Assembly (NCBI RefSeq): GCF_018350175.1
Contig: NC_058368.1
Coordinates: 185,134,001-185,198,000, forward strand
DNA: 64,000 nucleotides
Direction of reading: 5' to 3'
DNA from: Felis catus
Taxonomy: Eukaryota
Each line of letters begins with the position of its first letter. Position 1 is the first letter of the stretch. The notes beneath the pieces were generated by a model. The model was not told the origin of the DNA. It ran no database searches and was given only the letters and a program-made list of their open reading frames with translations. Position numbers and translations under genes: made by a program. This document shows positions 62,460 to 64,000 of the stretch, piece by piece.

Positions 62460-62900
62460 AAAACACTTGACTAACAGTGACTTTAATAAATAGAGGTTTA
62501 TTTTCTTTTTCATGACAAGGAATCTGGAGGTAGATGGCTCCTGGAATTGGTTTAGTGATTCAGTATTATCAGAGATGGTATCTCTGTAATCTTCTCATTT
62601 ATTTCCATATGGTGACAAGATAGCTGCTACAGCTCTGGGCATCAAATCCACATTCATAGCAGGAGGAATGGAAAAGGAATCATTAATTAGGAATCTCTTT
62701 TAATCAGGAAAGCAAAAGCTTTCCTAGAAATCCCCAACTTCTGCTTATATATCATTGTCCAGAATTTTGTTTCATGGCCATCTCTTTCTTTCATGGCCAT
62801 TTCTTACATGAAAGCTGGAAAAATGAGTATTTTACTTTGCTAGCCACTATAGTGGAAGTTGGTATGGAATAAGGGAGAGAGAAATGGTTCTTGGATCTGC
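62460..62900 (-). mobile_element. Old MaLR LTR (MLT1J/L-like)
   Basis: CTAACAGTGACTTTAA...AATCTGGAGGTAG...ACAAGATAGCTGC...CTTCTGCTTATATATCATTG. Confidence 0.6.
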
Positions 62901-63589
62901 CAACTAGTTGTATTTTTTGTTGAAGCATTAAATAAGATACCTGGAAGGCACTTAGCAGTGAGTCTGACTTAGAGTAAGCAGACATATAGGGGTGATTATC
63001 ATCACCAATAGCAAGGAAATAAGAAGTGCTCCCTTGGCAATCTCCCCACTCCTTGTTAACATTGATGAACTTTGTTTACATGCTATAAACCCACTAAAAA
63101 TAAGGGATCCTACTTTTATTTTAAAACTTTAGAACTTTTCACTTTCTTACATTAATTTCCATACATGTCTATTTGGGTTGATGAATTTAAGATAAAAACA
63201 AATCATTTCTGTTTTCTGATTTATAGCATTCTCTGCTCCCACAGAAATGGGGAGGAAAGAATAGTTATTTGAGGACAGAGTGTCATATCACCCAAACCTT
63301 TCTCTCTCCAACATCATTTGATCTGTGATAAAAGGGGAAAAAAGATTCTGAGAGGTTGAACAAATAGCAAATAACTTCACCTCTCTAATGCCCTGTATTT
63401 CTTTTCTATATTAGAAAAATATATTGAAGATTTCCAATCTCTGAATGGAAAGACATATGATAAGCATATTATACTAATGTTGATACACTACTGTCCTTGG
63501 GAAAGTATGGAAATCTTGGCAAGAAGTGGAGTGTCATTTTAAAATTATCTTTTACTGATAACAATAAGAAATAAATAGGTTGAAATAAG

Positions 63590-63960
63590 AAATAAGTAGT
63601 CCGGGTTGGTATGAGCTGGTCTAGATCATACATCTGTGGTTGTATGGCAGGTTAACAAAAAGCTGTCTTCACTATGATGGTTTTAGCTTGGACAGGTTGT
63701 CTTTTAGACCATAAATCTCTCACATGCCTTCATTGGACAAGCCTTGGTATATTCATTTAATGGTGGAAAAGGTCCAAGAATAAGCCAGCCCAGTCATGCA
63801 AGAGGGTAAACAGAAACATACATGTCTTTTTCAAGCCTTTGCTTGAAGCACATTAGCTAGGGTCCCATTGCCTAAAATAAGTCAGATGATAGATTCAGTG
63901 TGGGAGAGAACACAGTTAAGGATCAGGGTTTAGGAACCATTAATGAAACCAAGCTACAAC
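63590..63960 (-). mobile_element. Old MaLR LTR (MLT1G/H-like)
   Basis: TTTCAAGCCTTTGCTTG...GCTAGGGTCCCATTGCCTAAAATAAGTCA. Confidence 0.5.
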
Positions 63961-64000
63961 ACCAGGCTTATTTTTGTTTTTGTTTGGAGAGTGTACCAAG

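Overview
This is AT-rich mammalian genomic DNA from a felid, identified by the many Felidae-type CAN-SINEs and the felid/carnivore L1 3' ends. The species cannot be fixed from the sequence. I found no credible protein-coding gene, RNA gene or prokaryotic-type system; the long ORFs are decayed L1 ORF2, ERV or SINE/microsatellite read-through. The window is a mosaic of 15 CAN-SINEs, two 2.3-2.8 kb 5'-truncated L1s, short L1 3' ends, old L1M/L2/MIR fragments, MaLR/ERVL/ERV1 LTRs and a decayed two-LTR ERV-L-type provirus. Strand bias of the L1s and (TG)n repeats suggests a long intron of a + strand gene, which is inference. The most notable observations are: a clean 502-bp CpG-rich solo LTR with a perfect 6-bp TSD (class II/betaretrovirus-like, 29614-30115); a (TG)21-T4-CAG acceptor with a strong donor defining a candidate TDP-43-repressed poison exon (27151-27254); candidate micro-exon and recursive splice sites; an ~0.8 kb captured insert inside an LTR; and repeated reuse of single L1-endonuclease target sites. 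Repeat family names come from my recall of consensus sequences, not from a database search. Nothing here is established as a new biological system.
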